Below are positions 46,511-55,853 of a stretch of DNA of 64,000 bases, piece by piece. Within the stretch, counting starts at the first letter, position 1; each line of letters begins with the position of its first letter. Under the pieces are notes generated by a model. The model was not told the origin of the DNA. It saw only the letters and a list, made by a program, of their open reading frames with translations, and did not search any database. The stretch comes from Longimicrobiales bacterium (GTDB lineage: Bacteria; Gemmatimonadota; Gemmatimonadetes; Longimicrobiales; Gaopeijiaceae): NCBI GenBank assembly GCA_041690395.1, contig JAWLHJ010000004.1:433365-497364 (forward strand), written 5' to 3'. The position numbers were made by a program, and so were the translations under genes.

Positions 46511-46956
46511 CGTCTTGCCCTCTGCATGCTCTGCTCCAACTGCGCGGCGAACACCACCCTCACGACGCCCGCCTCGACCAACTCCTTCTGGACCAGGTCC
46601 ATGAAGCGGTAAGGCACGTCGCGGTCCCCTCGGATGGAGATGACGAGCGCCCGATCGGAAGCGGCGTACAGCGGCGCCACGATCGTGGACACGTCCTCCA
46701 TCGGCGTCAGCTGGTCGTTGATGTAGACCGAGCCGTCACGCTCCATCCAGATGTTCAGGATGTTCTTCTGCTTCTCGTCGATCTTCTCCGCGGCTTCGGC
46801 TTCCGGCCACTGGATCGGACGATCACGGTCGTTCTGGAAGACCGTCGTGACCATGAAGAAGATGAGGAGCAGGAAAGCGATGTCCGCGAGCGACGAAGTC
46901 GGCACCTCGGACGAAGCCTTCGACTTGCGGCTGAAGCCGCCACCCTTGATGGACAT
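46507..46956 (-). CDS. exbD: ExbD/TolR family protein
   Basis: SLADIAFLLLIFFMVTT. Confidence 0.9.
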   Translation of the reverse strand: MSIKGGGFSRKSKASSEVPTSSLADIAFLLLIFFMVTTVFQNDRDRPIQWPEAEAAEKIDEKQKNILNIWMERDGSVYINDQLTPMEDVSTIVAPLYAASDRALVISIRGDRDVPYRFMDLVQKELVEAGVVRVVFAAQLEQSMQRARR

Positions 46957-47382
46957 CTAGTTCTCCAGGATCTGGAGGGAGATTCTCTCGGCGTTCGCGG
47001 CGTGCAGCGCATCGAGCACGTTGACCATGTACTCGTACGCCGCATCCGGGTGCGTCTTCACGGCGGCGATCAGGTTCTCGTTGGCGGCCACTTCCTGTCG
47101 CCAGAGACCCTCGATCTCCTGCGGACGCATCTGCTGCACCTGCTGGCTCTCGCCGCGCCGAACGTCGACGACGCCGGTCGGCTGGATGATCAGGTGCAGG
47201 ATGTTGCGCTGGCTGACCTGAGCTTCCTCACCCGGCTCGGGCAGGACGATCGCGAGCCCCTTGTCCTTCGGGAAGGTCGTGGTAACCAGGAAGAAGATCA
47301 GGAGCAGGAACGCGATATCCGCCGTCGACGAGGTCGGGACCTCATCGCTGACCTTCTGCTTCTTGTTGCCCAGAATTGACAT
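46957..47382 (-). CDS. exbD: ExbD/TolR family protein
   Basis: STADIAFLLLIFFLVTT. Confidence 0.9.
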   Translation of the reverse strand: MSILGNKKQKVSDEVPTSSTADIAFLLLIFFLVTTTFPKDKGLAIVLPEPGEEAQVSQRNILHLIIQPTGVVDVRRGESQQVQQMRPQEIEGLWRQEVAANENLIAAVKTHPDAAYEYMVNVLDALHAANAERISLQILEN

Positions 47383-47437
47383 GTGTTTCGCCCTCGTGTG
47401 TGATCAGAGGTACCGATGCGGACTGTGCGAGGTTCCG

Positions 47438-48286
47438 TTACTCGGTTCCCGGGTCTTCCTTCTTACTGGGCTGCGGCGGAGCCGCAGGGCGGTCGGTGGT
47501 GCCGCGGCGATCCGCTGCCACGCCCTCCGGCGCCGAGACGTCCGGGCGCGTCGCAGGAGCGGCCGCGCCGACACCGGCCGGGGCCTTCGACTCGTGCTTC
47601 ACGATCCGGATCTTTCCGTCCTTCTCGAGATCCCAGGCCAGATTCAGGATCCGCTGCGCTCCCTGCTCCATGTCGACGATCAGCATGTCGATACGCGACA
47701 CGAAGAAGTTGTACCCGATGTTCACCGGGATGGCGATCGTGAGGCCGGCGGCGGTCGTCAGGAGCGCCACCTTGATGCCGCCCGCGACCAGGGACGGATC
47801 CACGTCGCCGGCGGCCTCGATGGCGCCGAACGCCAGGATCATGCCGGCGACCGTGCCCAGGAAGCCCATGAGGGGCGCGACGTTGGCGATGGTCGCCAGA
47901 ATCACGAGGCCTCGCTCGAGGAACGCCAGCTCGATCGTTCCCGTCGTCGCGACGGCAGACTCGAGCTCCCCGCTCGCCAGCGTCTTCGACTGGATGCGGC
48001 GGAGACCCGCGAGCAGGATGGCGGACGCCGGTCCGGGCGTCTCGCTGGCGATCTGGATGGCGCCGTCGATGTCACCGGCGCGCGTGGCTTCCTCCACGTC
48101 GTGGAGCACGCGCTCGGTACCCTTGTGGGAGACCCACAACGTCCAAGCCTTGGCGATGATCACGCCGACCGCGATGAGCGAGCAGAGGACGAGCGGATAC
48201 ATCATCCACCCGCCGTCGGCAAATAGGGTCAGCAGCCGATACTGGGAGCCCACGAATACTTCGCTCCTGATGTAAGTTGGTCGCAC
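47438..48286 (-). CDS. exbB: MotA/TolQ/ExbB proton channel protein
   Basis: GGWMMYPL, APLMGFLGTVAGMI, ALLTTAAGL; start uncertain. Confidence 0.92.
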   Translation of the reverse strand: MRPTYIRSEVFVGSQYRLLTLFADGGWMMYPLVLCSLIAVGVIIAKAWTLWVSHKGTERVLHDVEEATRAGDIDGAIQIASETPGPASAILLAGLRRIQSKTLASGELESAVATTGTIELAFLERGLVILATIANVAPLMGFLGTVAGMILAFGAIEAAGDVDPSLVAGGIKVALLTTAAGLTIAIPVNIGYNFFVSRIDMLIVDMEQGAQRILNLAWDLEKDGKIRIVKHESKAPAGVGAAAPATRPDVSAPEGVAADRRGTTDRPAAPPQPSKKEDPGTE

Positions 48287-48325
48287 CCGCGGACGCCAAC
48301 GGGCACTGGGACTTGGAACGTCGGC

Positions 48326-48355
48326 AATCTACGGGTGCCGTCGCCGGGGTGTCAA
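48326..48355 (-). promoter_or_regulatory. sigma70 promoter for exbB-exbD-exbD-tonB
   Basis: Minus strand TTGACA, 18-bp spacer, TAGATT. Confidence 0.65.
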
Positions 48356-48374
48356 CGCAACGGGTCGCGGGGCC

Positions 48375-49193
48375 TCAAGCCCCCGCGGGAACGCGGGCCG
48401 GTGCCGCCGGCCCGGCCCCCGCTTCGGGGCGGACGGGCTGGCCGGACACGATCTCACGCAGGCGGTCGGCCGTCACGCCCCGCTCGAGTCGGCCGCCTAT
48501 GGCCACCGAGACCTGGGCGGTCTCCTCGCTCACGACGACCACCACCGCGTCCGTCTCCTCGCTCAGGCCGAGCGCCGCGCGGTGCCTCGTTCCCAGGGAA
48601 CGGTCCCTCACGGTGGTCTGGGTGAGCGGCAGGATGGCACCCGCCGCGCGGATCTGGTCGCCGGCGATGAGCACCGCGCCGTCGTGCAGCGGCGAGTAGG
48701 GCGTGAAGATCGTGGCGAGCATCTCCGCCGACACGTGTGCCTGGACGCGGCTCCCCGTCTCGGCGTACTCGTCGAGCCCGACCTCTCGCTCGATCGCGAT
48801 GATGGCCCCGTGCTTGGCCCGCGAGAGGCGCTCCGTGGCCTCGACGATCTCGTCGATGACCTTGCTCCCCTCCATCTTGTCGAAGAAGCGGATCATGCGG
48901 CTCCGGCCGAGGCGGGCGAGCGCCGCCCGGAGTTCCGGCTGGAAGACCACGAGGGCCGCGATCGCACCGTACTGGAAGAAGGCCTCGAGGAGCGCCCGGA
49001 TCAGGATGAGGTCGAGGAGCCGCGCCGCGCCGTAGGTGCCGGCGAGCAGGGCGACGCCGAGCATGATCTGCATGGCCCGGGTGCGCTGCAGCACGAGCAG
49101 CACCCGGTAGAGCAGTACCGCGACGAGGATGATCTCGAAGAGATCGGTCCACCCGGGACGCAGGAGCCGAAGCTGCTCCCAGGCACTACCCAA
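48375..49193 (-). CDS. cdaA: Diadenylate cyclase (CdaA/DacA)
   Basis: Three TM helices, VFQPELR, LHDGA and GTRHRAA catalytic motifs, VSEET. Confidence 0.95.
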   Translation of the reverse strand: MGSAWEQLRLLRPGWTDLFEIILVAVLLYRVLLVLQRTRAMQIMLGVALLAGTYGAARLLDLILIRALLEAFFQYGAIAALVVFQPELRAALARLGRSRMIRFFDKMEGSKVIDEIVEATERLSRAKHGAIIAIEREVGLDEYAETGSRVQAHVSAEMLATIFTPYSPLHDGAVLIAGDQIRAAGAILPLTQTTVRDRSLGTRHRAALGLSEETDAVVVVVSEETAQVSVAIGGRLERGVTADRLREIVSGQPVRPEAGAGPAAPARVPAGA

Positions 49194-49235
49194 TGGAGTT
49201 CGGCCCCCATAGCCGCGGCCCCACTCGATGCATGC

Positions 49236-51272
49236 CTACGGCACCTCGTCGGCCTCGGGCCCTTCCTCCTGGACACCCGGCGCCGGCCCCGGGAGCGGAC
49301 CCTCGCCGCCGGGCAGGCCGAACGGGCGCGGGGCCTTGTCCTTGGCGGGGCGCGCCACCTTGGCCTGCTTCGCCGGATTCTCGATTTCCGGCTCCGGCAT
49401 CGGCGGCAGCGTCTCGCCGCGGGCCAGCATCTGGATCTCGTCGCGGTCGAGAGTCTCGCGCTCGAGCAGCGCCTGGGCGATCGCCTCGAGCAGGTCGCGG
49501 TTCGCTTCGATCACCTCGCGGGCCTTGTCGTGCGCCTCGTCGATGATGCGCTTCACTTCCTGGTCGACGATCCTCGCCGTGTGCTCGGAGATCTGGCGGC
49601 GCTGTGAAAGGTCGCGGCCGAGGAACACCTCGTGCTCGCTCTCGTCGATCGCCACCAGCCCGATCACCTCGCTCATCCCGAAGCTCGTGACCATGCGGCG
49701 GGCCATGTTCGTCGCCCGTTCGATATCGTTCCCGGCTCCCGTGGTCACGTCGCGCTCGCCGAAGATGACCTCCTCGGCGACCCGGCCGCCGAACAGCATC
49801 GCGAGCTGACCTTCCATCCAGTCGCGGGTGTAGGAGTGGCGATCCTCTTCGGGCAGGCTGGCCGTGATCCCGAGCGCCCGCCCTCGGGGCACGATGGTCA
49901 CCTTGTGGACCGGATCGAGCCCGGGGACCTTGAGCCCGAGCACGGCATGTCCTGCCTCGTGATACGCCGTGAGCTTCCGCTCACGCTCGGTGAGCACGAG
50001 GCTCCGCCGCTCGGCGCCCAGCATGACCTTGTCCTTGGCCAGCTCGAAGTCGTCCATGACGACCTTGTCCGCGCCGCGGCGCGCGGCGAGCAGGGCGGCC
50101 TCGTTGCAGATGTTCGCCAGGTCGGCTCCGCTCATGCCGGGCGTTCCCCTGGCGATGAGGGAGAGCTCCACGTCGTCGGCCAGCGGAAGCTTCTTCGCAT
50201 GCACCCGGAGGATCCCCTCCCGGCCCTTCACGTCCGGCGAGTCCACGACGACCTGACGGTCGAAGCGGCCCGGGCGGAGGAGCGCCGGGTCGAGCACGTC
50301 CGGCCGGTTCGTCGCGGCCAGGAGGATGACGCCCTCGTTCGACTCGAAGCCATCCATCTCGACCAGGAGCGCGTTCAGCGTCTGCTCCCGCTCGTCGTGG
50401 CCGCCGCCGAGGCCGGCGCCGCGGTGTCGGCCGACCGCGTCGATCTCGTCGACGAAGATGATGCACGGAGCGTGCGCCTTCCCCTGCTCGAACAGGTCGC
50501 GGACGCGCGACGCGCCCACACCCACGAACATCTCGACGAAGTCGGAGCCCGACATCTGGAAGAACGGCCGTCCGGCCTCGCCGGCCACGGCACGCGCCAG
50601 CAGCGTCTTACCCGTTCCCGGCGGACCCACGAGGAGCACGCCCTTCGGCAAGCGGCCGCCGAGGCGGGAGAACTTCGCCGGATCCTTCAGGAACTCGATG
50701 ATCTCCTGGAGCTCCTCCTTGGCCTCGTCCGCGCCCGCGACGTCGGCGAAGGTCACCTTGGGCGTGTCCGGCGAGATCATCTTGGCCTTGGATCGGCCGA
50801 ACTGGAACGCACGGTTCCCCCCACCCTGCATGGTCCGGAAGATCCAGATCCAGAACGCGATGAAGAGGAGCCAGGGGAGCGCCGTCAGGAGGAGGGTGCC
50901 CCACCCGGTGTCGGTCGGCTCGGCCTCGACGATGACGTCGCGTTGCGCGAGCTCCTCGAGCAGACCGTCGGTGACCTCGCCCGGAAGGCGGGTCTCGAAC
51001 TGGGTGTACTCCTGGCCTTCACGGATGACGGGCTGCGTGAGCTCGCCCTCGAGCTGGCGATCCCGGAAGACGACGCTGTGGACGCGCCCCTCCGCGAGGT
51101 GCTCACGGAACTCCGTATAGGTGAAGTCGGCAATGACCTCTCCCTGCCCCCGCACCATCTGGATGGCGAGCAGAAGCATCAGCGCCATCATCATGAGGAA
51201 CGCTGCGTTCTTGGACAGGCGCCCGACGCGGTTGTCGGGATCGGGACGGTTCGGCTGGTTGTCAGGCATCAC
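49236..51272 (-). CDS. ftsH: ATP-dependent zinc metalloprotease FtsH
   Basis: [27 protein letters not shown]. Confidence 0.98.
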   Translation of the reverse strand: MMPDNQPNRPDPDNRVGRLSKNAAFLMMMALMLLLAIQMVRGQGEVIADFTYTEFREHLAEGRVHSVVFRDRQLEGELTQPVIREGQEYTQFETRLPGEVTDGLLEELAQRDVIVEAEPTDTGWGTLLLTALPWLLFIAFWIWIFRTMQGGGNRAFQFGRSKAKMISPDTPKVTFADVAGADEAKEELQEIIEFLKDPAKFSRLGGRLPKGVLLVGPPGTGKTLLARAVAGEAGRPFFQMSGSDFVEMFVGVGASRVRDLFEQGKAHAPCIIFVDEIDAVGRHRGAGLGGGHDEREQTLNALLVEMDGFESNEGVILLAATNRPDVLDPALLRPGRFDRQVVVDSPDVKGREGILRVHAKKLPLADDVELSLIARGTPGMSGADLANICNEAALLAARRGADKVVMDDFELAKDKVMLGAERRSLVLTERERKLTAYHEAGHAVLGLKVPGLDPVHKVTIVPRGRALGITASLPEEDRHSYTRDWMEGQLAMLFGGRVAEEVIFGERDVTTGAGNDIERATNMARRMVTSFGMSEVIGLVAIDESEHEVFLGRDLSQRRQISEHTARIVDQEVKRIIDEAHDKAREVIEANRDLLEAIAQALLERETLDRDEIQMLARGETLPPMPEPEIENPAKQAKVARPAKDKAPRPFGLPGGEGPLPGPAPGVQEEGPEADEVP

Positions 51273-51313
51273 ACTTCACTCGAAAGAGCCCGGCGGAGCG
51301 CTCGGACAGGCCC

Positions 51314-51829
51314 CTATAGGCTCGCGATATATGGCAAATGGCGAAAGTCTTCGGCGCGATCCAACCCATACCCCACGAGGAACGCATTGGGTGCATCGAA
51401 ACCGACGAAGCGCGGCTCGGCCTCGGGAGAGGCGAGCCGTTTGTGGAGAAGCGCGCATACTTCGACGGTCCGCGCACCCCGCTCCCGGAGCAACACCACG
51501 ACGTGATCGAGGGTGACCCCCGAGTCCACGATGTCCTCAACGAGGAGCACGTTGCGGCCCTCGATCGGGATGCGCGGCTCGGCCTCGACCAGGACGGTTC
51601 CGCTCGACTCGGTCCCGTCACCGTAGCTGGACACGGACATGAAGTCGATCTGGACGGGAAGCTCGAGCGCGCGCGCGAGGTCCGCCATGAAGACGAACGA
51701 CCCCTTGAGCACGCCGAGGAGGAGCAGCCGGTCCTCGGGTCCGTAGCACGCCTCGATCTCCCGCGCGAGGCCGGCGACGCGCTCCGCGATGGTCTCGGCG
51801 TCGTAGACGACGCGGTGTGGTCCGCTCAC
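51314..51829 (-). CDS. hpt: Hypoxanthine phosphoribosyltransferase
   Basis: GVLKGSF.FMADL, VLLVEDIVDSG.TL, VGYGLD; GTG start overlaps the tilS stop. Confidence 0.95.
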   Translation of the reverse strand: MSGPHRVVYDAETIAERVAGLAREIEACYGPEDRLLLLGVLKGSFVFMADLARALELPVQIDFMSVSSYGDGTESSGTVLVEAEPRIPIEGRNVLLVEDIVDSGVTLDHVVVLLRERGARTVEVCALLHKRLASPEAEPRFVGFDAPNAFLVGYGLDRAEDFRHLPYIASL

Positions 51830-53250
51830 GCGACCCCGATAGGAAGCGGCTCCACGGTGGAGTCGCCCGAGGGGACGGTCGCGGCCGGCGATCGCGCCAC
51901 CCCGGGAATCCAGAGGACCTCGCCCTCGGCGTCGGCCAGGACCGGCACGGCACGGCGCTCGGGAGCGGGAATCCGCGCCTCGAGGAAGATCTGTTTGAGC
52001 TTGCGGCTGCCCGCATGCGTGCGCATGCGATCGCCGTGCTCCCAGGCGCGCATCCACAGAGGAAAGCGGAGCTCCTCACCTACGAAGCGTTCGACCGACG
52101 TCGACCGCCCCGGCGCCTCCGCACCCCACGCCACCCATACCACGCGGCCCCCGAGAACCGCCTCGCCGGCGCCGGAGGAAGGCCCCGGGATGACGAGCGG
52201 TCGGTCGCGGTCGGTGGGGGCTTCGTGGGCTCGGGCCAGCGTGAGGCGCTCCAGGTCCCGACGGAGCGTCACGCCGTCGCCCAGGTCGATACGGCGACCG
52301 CTCTCGGCGGACGCGGCGAACTCCACGGCGAGCCGGGTCCGGCGCGCGTCCGGCCGGAGCCCGAGCTCGAGCGCCAGCGCGCGGAGCACCCGGGCCCGGA
52401 CCGCCGGATGAAGCGCGGCCAGCGGGCCCCGGTCGAGCCGCACCCCGCGAGCATCCCATTCCGGTGCCAGCGAGGCAGTCAGGCTCGGGAGCAGGCTGTC
52501 CCACGCCTCCTCGTCGCGGGCGGCCCGTTCGGCGAGCCGTACAAGGGCCCGTTTCGCTCCCGGGGCCACGAGGCGCTCCGCCTCGGGGAGGATGCGGTGC
52601 CGGAGCGCGTTCCGCGCGTAGCCGAGGTCGGCGTTCGTCGGGTCGTCCCTCCAGCCCAGGCCGACAGCGGTCGCATAGCCCAGCAGCTCCTCCCTCCAGC
52701 AGGGGAGGAGCGGTCGCCAGAGCCCGTTCGCGTGGACGGCCCGGATGCCGCGGAGCCCACCGGTGCCGGTTCCCCGCAGCATGCGGAACAGCACGGTCTC
52801 CGCTTGATCGTCGGCGTGGTGGGCGGTGACGATCGTCGCCCCGTCGTAGCGCTCGGCCGCGTCGCGCAGGAAAGCGTAGCGAGCCGCGCGCGCCTCGGCT
52901 TCCGAGTGGAGCGGCGCGTCCGCGGCGCCCTCCACCAACTCGATGGCCCAGGCCGCGGTGAGCCCGCGGACCCAACGCGCGTCGATACGGCTCCCCGGCC
53001 GCATGCGATGGTCGAAGTGGGCCGCGACGAGCCGGGGAGCCGGGCATGACGCCGGCCAGGCGAACCGCATCAGGTGGAGGAGCGCGGTCGAGTCGAGCCC
53101 GCCCGACAGGGCCACCACCACCGTGGCTCCCGGTCCGGGAGCGCCGTCGTCGGCGCACGCTCGGTGGAATGCCCGCAGCACGGCCTCGCCCGGACGCTCC
53201 CCGACGGTTCGGGCGACGGCGTCGCGGGTGGTGGAGCCGTCGCGGGTCAT
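51826..53250 (-). CDS. tilS: tRNA(Ile)-lysidine synthase
   Basis: ALSGGLDS, HFDH, ARY.F, TAHHADDQAET, D.TN...RN.LR. Confidence 0.95.
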   Translation of the reverse strand: MTRDGSTTRDAVARTVGERPGEAVLRAFHRACADDGAPGPGATVVVALSGGLDSTALLHLMRFAWPASCPAPRLVAAHFDHRMRPGSRIDARWVRGLTAAWAIELVEGAADAPLHSEAEARAARYAFLRDAAERYDGATIVTAHHADDQAETVLFRMLRGTGTGGLRGIRAVHANGLWRPLLPCWREELLGYATAVGLGWRDDPTNADLGYARNALRHRILPEAERLVAPGAKRALVRLAERAARDEEAWDSLLPSLTASLAPEWDARGVRLDRGPLAALHPAVRARVLRALALELGLRPDARRTRLAVEFAASAESGRRIDLGDGVTLRRDLERLTLARAHEAPTDRDRPLVIPGPSSGAGEAVLGGRVVWVAWGAEAPGRSTSVERFVGEELRFPLWMRAWEHGDRMRTHAGSRKLKQIFLEARIPAPERRAVPVLADAEGEVLWIPGVARSPAATVPSGDSTVEPLPIGVA

Positions 53251-54083
53251 CGGCGCAACCCCGGTGGCGCGGGCCGCCCGAAGCGCTCGTGCAGCACGGC
53301 CGCGAGCAGGTCGGGCCGATCGGTCTGGATGCCGTCCACGCCCCACTCGAGGAGCCGGACCATGTCGGCCGGATCGTCCACGGTCCAGACCTGGACCGGC
53401 AGATTCTTGCTGTGTGCCTGCTCGATGAAGCGCGGGGTCACGATGGGCCTTCCCTTCCACCTCTCGGGCACCTGCAGCACGTCCGCCCGCGGCGTGTACC
53501 CGGCCGCCCGGGGGAGGCCGCACAGTACCCTGAAGAGGAGCACGTGGTGCCGACTCGCGCCCCAGGGCCCCCGATACCCCCGCGCCCCGCGGCGCCACCG
53601 CTCGTACTCGGCCGCCACCAGGACGCGGTGCTCGGCTCGGTGGCGGCGCACCGTCTCCAGGATCGCGGCCGCGGCGTCGCCGGCCTTCGACTCGATGTTG
53701 ATCCAGACGTGCGGGAACGCGTCGAGCACCTCGTCCAGGGTCGGCACCCGGATTCCCCGCCCCGCGAACGACGGCTGGCCCTCCGCGTCCCGGAAGCCCG
53801 CCCCGGCGTCGAGCGCCTTCAGCTGCGTGACGGTGTGCCGTCGTACCGGCCCGGTGCCGTCGGTGGTCCGGTCGACGGTCGGATCGTGGATGACCACGGG
53901 GACACCGTCGCGCGTGAGCTGCACGTCGAGCTCGAGCATGTCGGCGTCCCACACGTCGACCGCCTCACGGAAGCCGGTCAGGGTGTTCTCCGGGACGATC
54001 TTCGATCCGCCCCGGTGCGCCACGAGCATCGGGGGGCCGGCCAGGTACGCACGCCCCGGCCGCGGACCGGATCCGAACCCCAT
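53247..54083 (-). CDS. Glycerophosphodiester phosphodiesterase
   Basis: AHRGG..PENT, ELDVQLTRDG..VVIHD, WTVD, GVDGIQTD.P. Confidence 0.93.
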   Translation of the reverse strand: MGFGSGPRPGRAYLAGPPMLVAHRGGSKIVPENTLTGFREAVDVWDADMLELDVQLTRDGVPVVIHDPTVDRTTDGTGPVRRHTVTQLKALDAGAGFRDAEGQPSFAGRGIRVPTLDEVLDAFPHVWINIESKAGDAAAAILETVRRHRAEHRVLVAAEYERWRRGARGYRGPWGASRHHVLLFRVLCGLPRAAGYTPRADVLQVPERWKGRPIVTPRFIEQAHSKNLPVQVWTVDDPADMVRLLEWGVDGIQTDRPDLLAAVLHERFGRPAPPGLRR

Positions 54084-54158
54084 GGGCGCGCGCTCCTACC
54101 CGGCCCGGATGGGCGTCCGGACTGCTTCGGCGCGGAACTGTGGGGGCACGGCCACGGC

Positions 54159-54677
54159 TCAGGCCGACGCGTGCCTGTCGGCTTCGACCCGCTCGATCTC
54201 GGCGGGCGTCAGCTCGTGGAAGACGTACAGGACGAGGTCGAGCAGGTGACTGGTCGCGTCACGATCGCCCTCGACCCGCCCCTCTGCGTCGTCACCCGGG
54301 GCATCGATCTCCTCCTGGAGGTCGACCACGCGCGACGCCAGAAACGACAGGATGTCCTCGACGACCTGGGGGCGCGGGTTGGCGGGAGCTTTCGCATCCG
54401 GCATCACCTCGCTCAGGAGCAGCCCTCGGACGTAGGCGAGGAAGCCCGGAAAGATCAGCTCGGTCAGCGGGCCCTCGTCGAGGGCCTCCTCGTCCGTGAT
54501 GCGCTCCCACTCGAGCTCGTTCCAGTAGAGATCCTTCGCCTCGTCGAGCAGATAGGCCCTGTTCGTCCGGGGGAGTGAATCCGCGGAGTCGGCGCTGGGC
54601 CTCCCCAGCTTGCGGCCGAGAAGGCGCTCGATCCGCTCGCGGCGGCCTCCGAGGAGCGTGCTGGCGCGATCGTTCAT
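54159..54677 (-). CDS. Hypothetical acidic protein
   Basis: Non-random composition, co-directional with the downstream operon; no family recognised. Confidence 0.6.
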   Translation of the reverse strand: MNDRASTLLGGRRERIERLLGRKLGRPSADSADSLPRTNRAYLLDEAKDLYWNELEWERITDEEALDEGPLTELIFPGFLAYVRGLLLSEVMPDAKAPANPRPQVVEDILSFLASRVVDLQEEIDAPGDDAEGRVEGDRDATSHLLDLVLYVFHELTPAEIERVEADRHASA

Positions 54678-54824
54678 CGTCTCTATGATCTCGTCTGAGA
54701 TGGAATGACGTTTGGCGGGCGTCGTGATCGACGCGACGTGAGTATACGACCGGACCGCGTCAGGTGAAATGCGGGACGGTCGAAGCGTACGAGACATCGG
54801 CATCCGACACTAAAGGATCACGGC

Positions 54825-55376
54825 GTGAACAAGAACTGGCTGCGCATTCCGGTCCTCCTGGTGCTCGGGTGGATGCTCCACCGGTACCTCACCGATCCGA
54901 CCTACACGTCCATCTTCGCGGGCATCAACCTCGCCTTCCACGAGATGGGGCACGCGGCCTTCATGTGGTTCGGCAGCCGGATCGTGACGACGGCCGGAGG
55001 AACGGTCTTCGAGATCGGGATACCCGCGGCGGCCGGCGCCTACCTCCTCATCAAGCAGCGCGATCCGTTCGGCGCGGCCGTGTGCGTCTTCTGGATGGGC
55101 ACGGCGCTGGTCGGCGCCGGCGTCTACGCGGCGGACGCGAGGGCGCAGGCGCTCCCGTTGGTCTCACCCTTCGGCCCGGTCGACGTGGACAGCCACGACT
55201 GGACGGTCATGCTGCTACGCATCGGGCGAATCTCCCAGGATCAGCAGATCGGCGCCGCGCTCCGAGGACTGGGGCTGCTGGCGATGACCGCAGGGCTCGG
55301 AGCGGGCGCGTGGATCTCGTGGACGGGACGTGGCGGCGACGAGCATTCCGAGATGCCGGAATCGACGTTCGTCTAG
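54825..55376 (+). CDS. Membrane protein with HExGH motif (M50B-like)
   Basis: NLAFHEMGH, AGGT, HDW, four TM segments. Confidence 0.75.
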   Translation: MNKNWLRIPVLLVLGWMLHRYLTDPTYTSIFAGINLAFHEMGHAAFMWFGSRIVTTAGGTVFEIGIPAAAGAYLLIKQRDPFGAAVCVFWMGTALVGAGVYAADARAQALPLVSPFGPVDVDSHDWTVMLLRIGRISQDQQIGAALRGLGLLAMTAGLGAGAWISWTGRGGDEHSEMPESTFV

Positions 55377-55798
55377 CCCCCCACCTGGAACGCGGCCGTG
55401 GCGAGCACCGAGCCGTCGGCGTCGACCACCCTGGCCTCCCATTCGCCGGTCCAATCGGCCGGCACGGTCTTGCTGCTCCACGTGCGCCAGCGCGGTCCGC
55501 GTACCGTGAGGGCGACCCGCCCGACCTCCTCCCCGTTCCGCATCCAGACGTGCTCGACCTGCCGCTCGCCGAAGTCGCCCTCGAAGACGGTGTAGAAGTA
55601 GACCGTGCCGACCGACGCGGGGAACGAGGTCCCGGTCCCGACCGGCTGGCGGTCCTCGACCCCGGTGCCGACGACGGCGGTCGTCACGTCGACGGCGGCC
55701 GACGGGTCCTGGGCATCGAGGGCCGCGGGAGCCGCGCTCCAGGCCACGGCTACGGCAAGCGTCGCCACGAGGGCTGAGATGCGTCGTTGCGTAGTCAT
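55373..55798 (-). CDS. DUF2914 family secreted protein
   Basis: AGGAGG RBS, signal peptide, VYFYT, HVW, RWRTWSSK, GEW. Confidence 0.8.
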   Translation of the reverse strand: MTTQRRISALVATLAVAVAWSAAPAALDAQDPSAAVDVTTAVVGTGVEDRQPVGTGTSFPASVGTVYFYTVFEGDFGERQVEHVWMRNGEEVGRVALTVRGPRWRTWSSKTVPADWTGEWEARVVDADGSVLATAAFQVGG

Positions 55799-55853
55799 CT
55801 CGGATCGTCCTCCTGTCCGAAGGGCGGATTCCACGACGGGAATCCATGTCTGA

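Noticed and set aside
54678..54824. Riboswitch (c-di-AMP or glycine type) in this intergenic region
   Set aside because: Only a short TCAGGT match; no recognisable conserved core.
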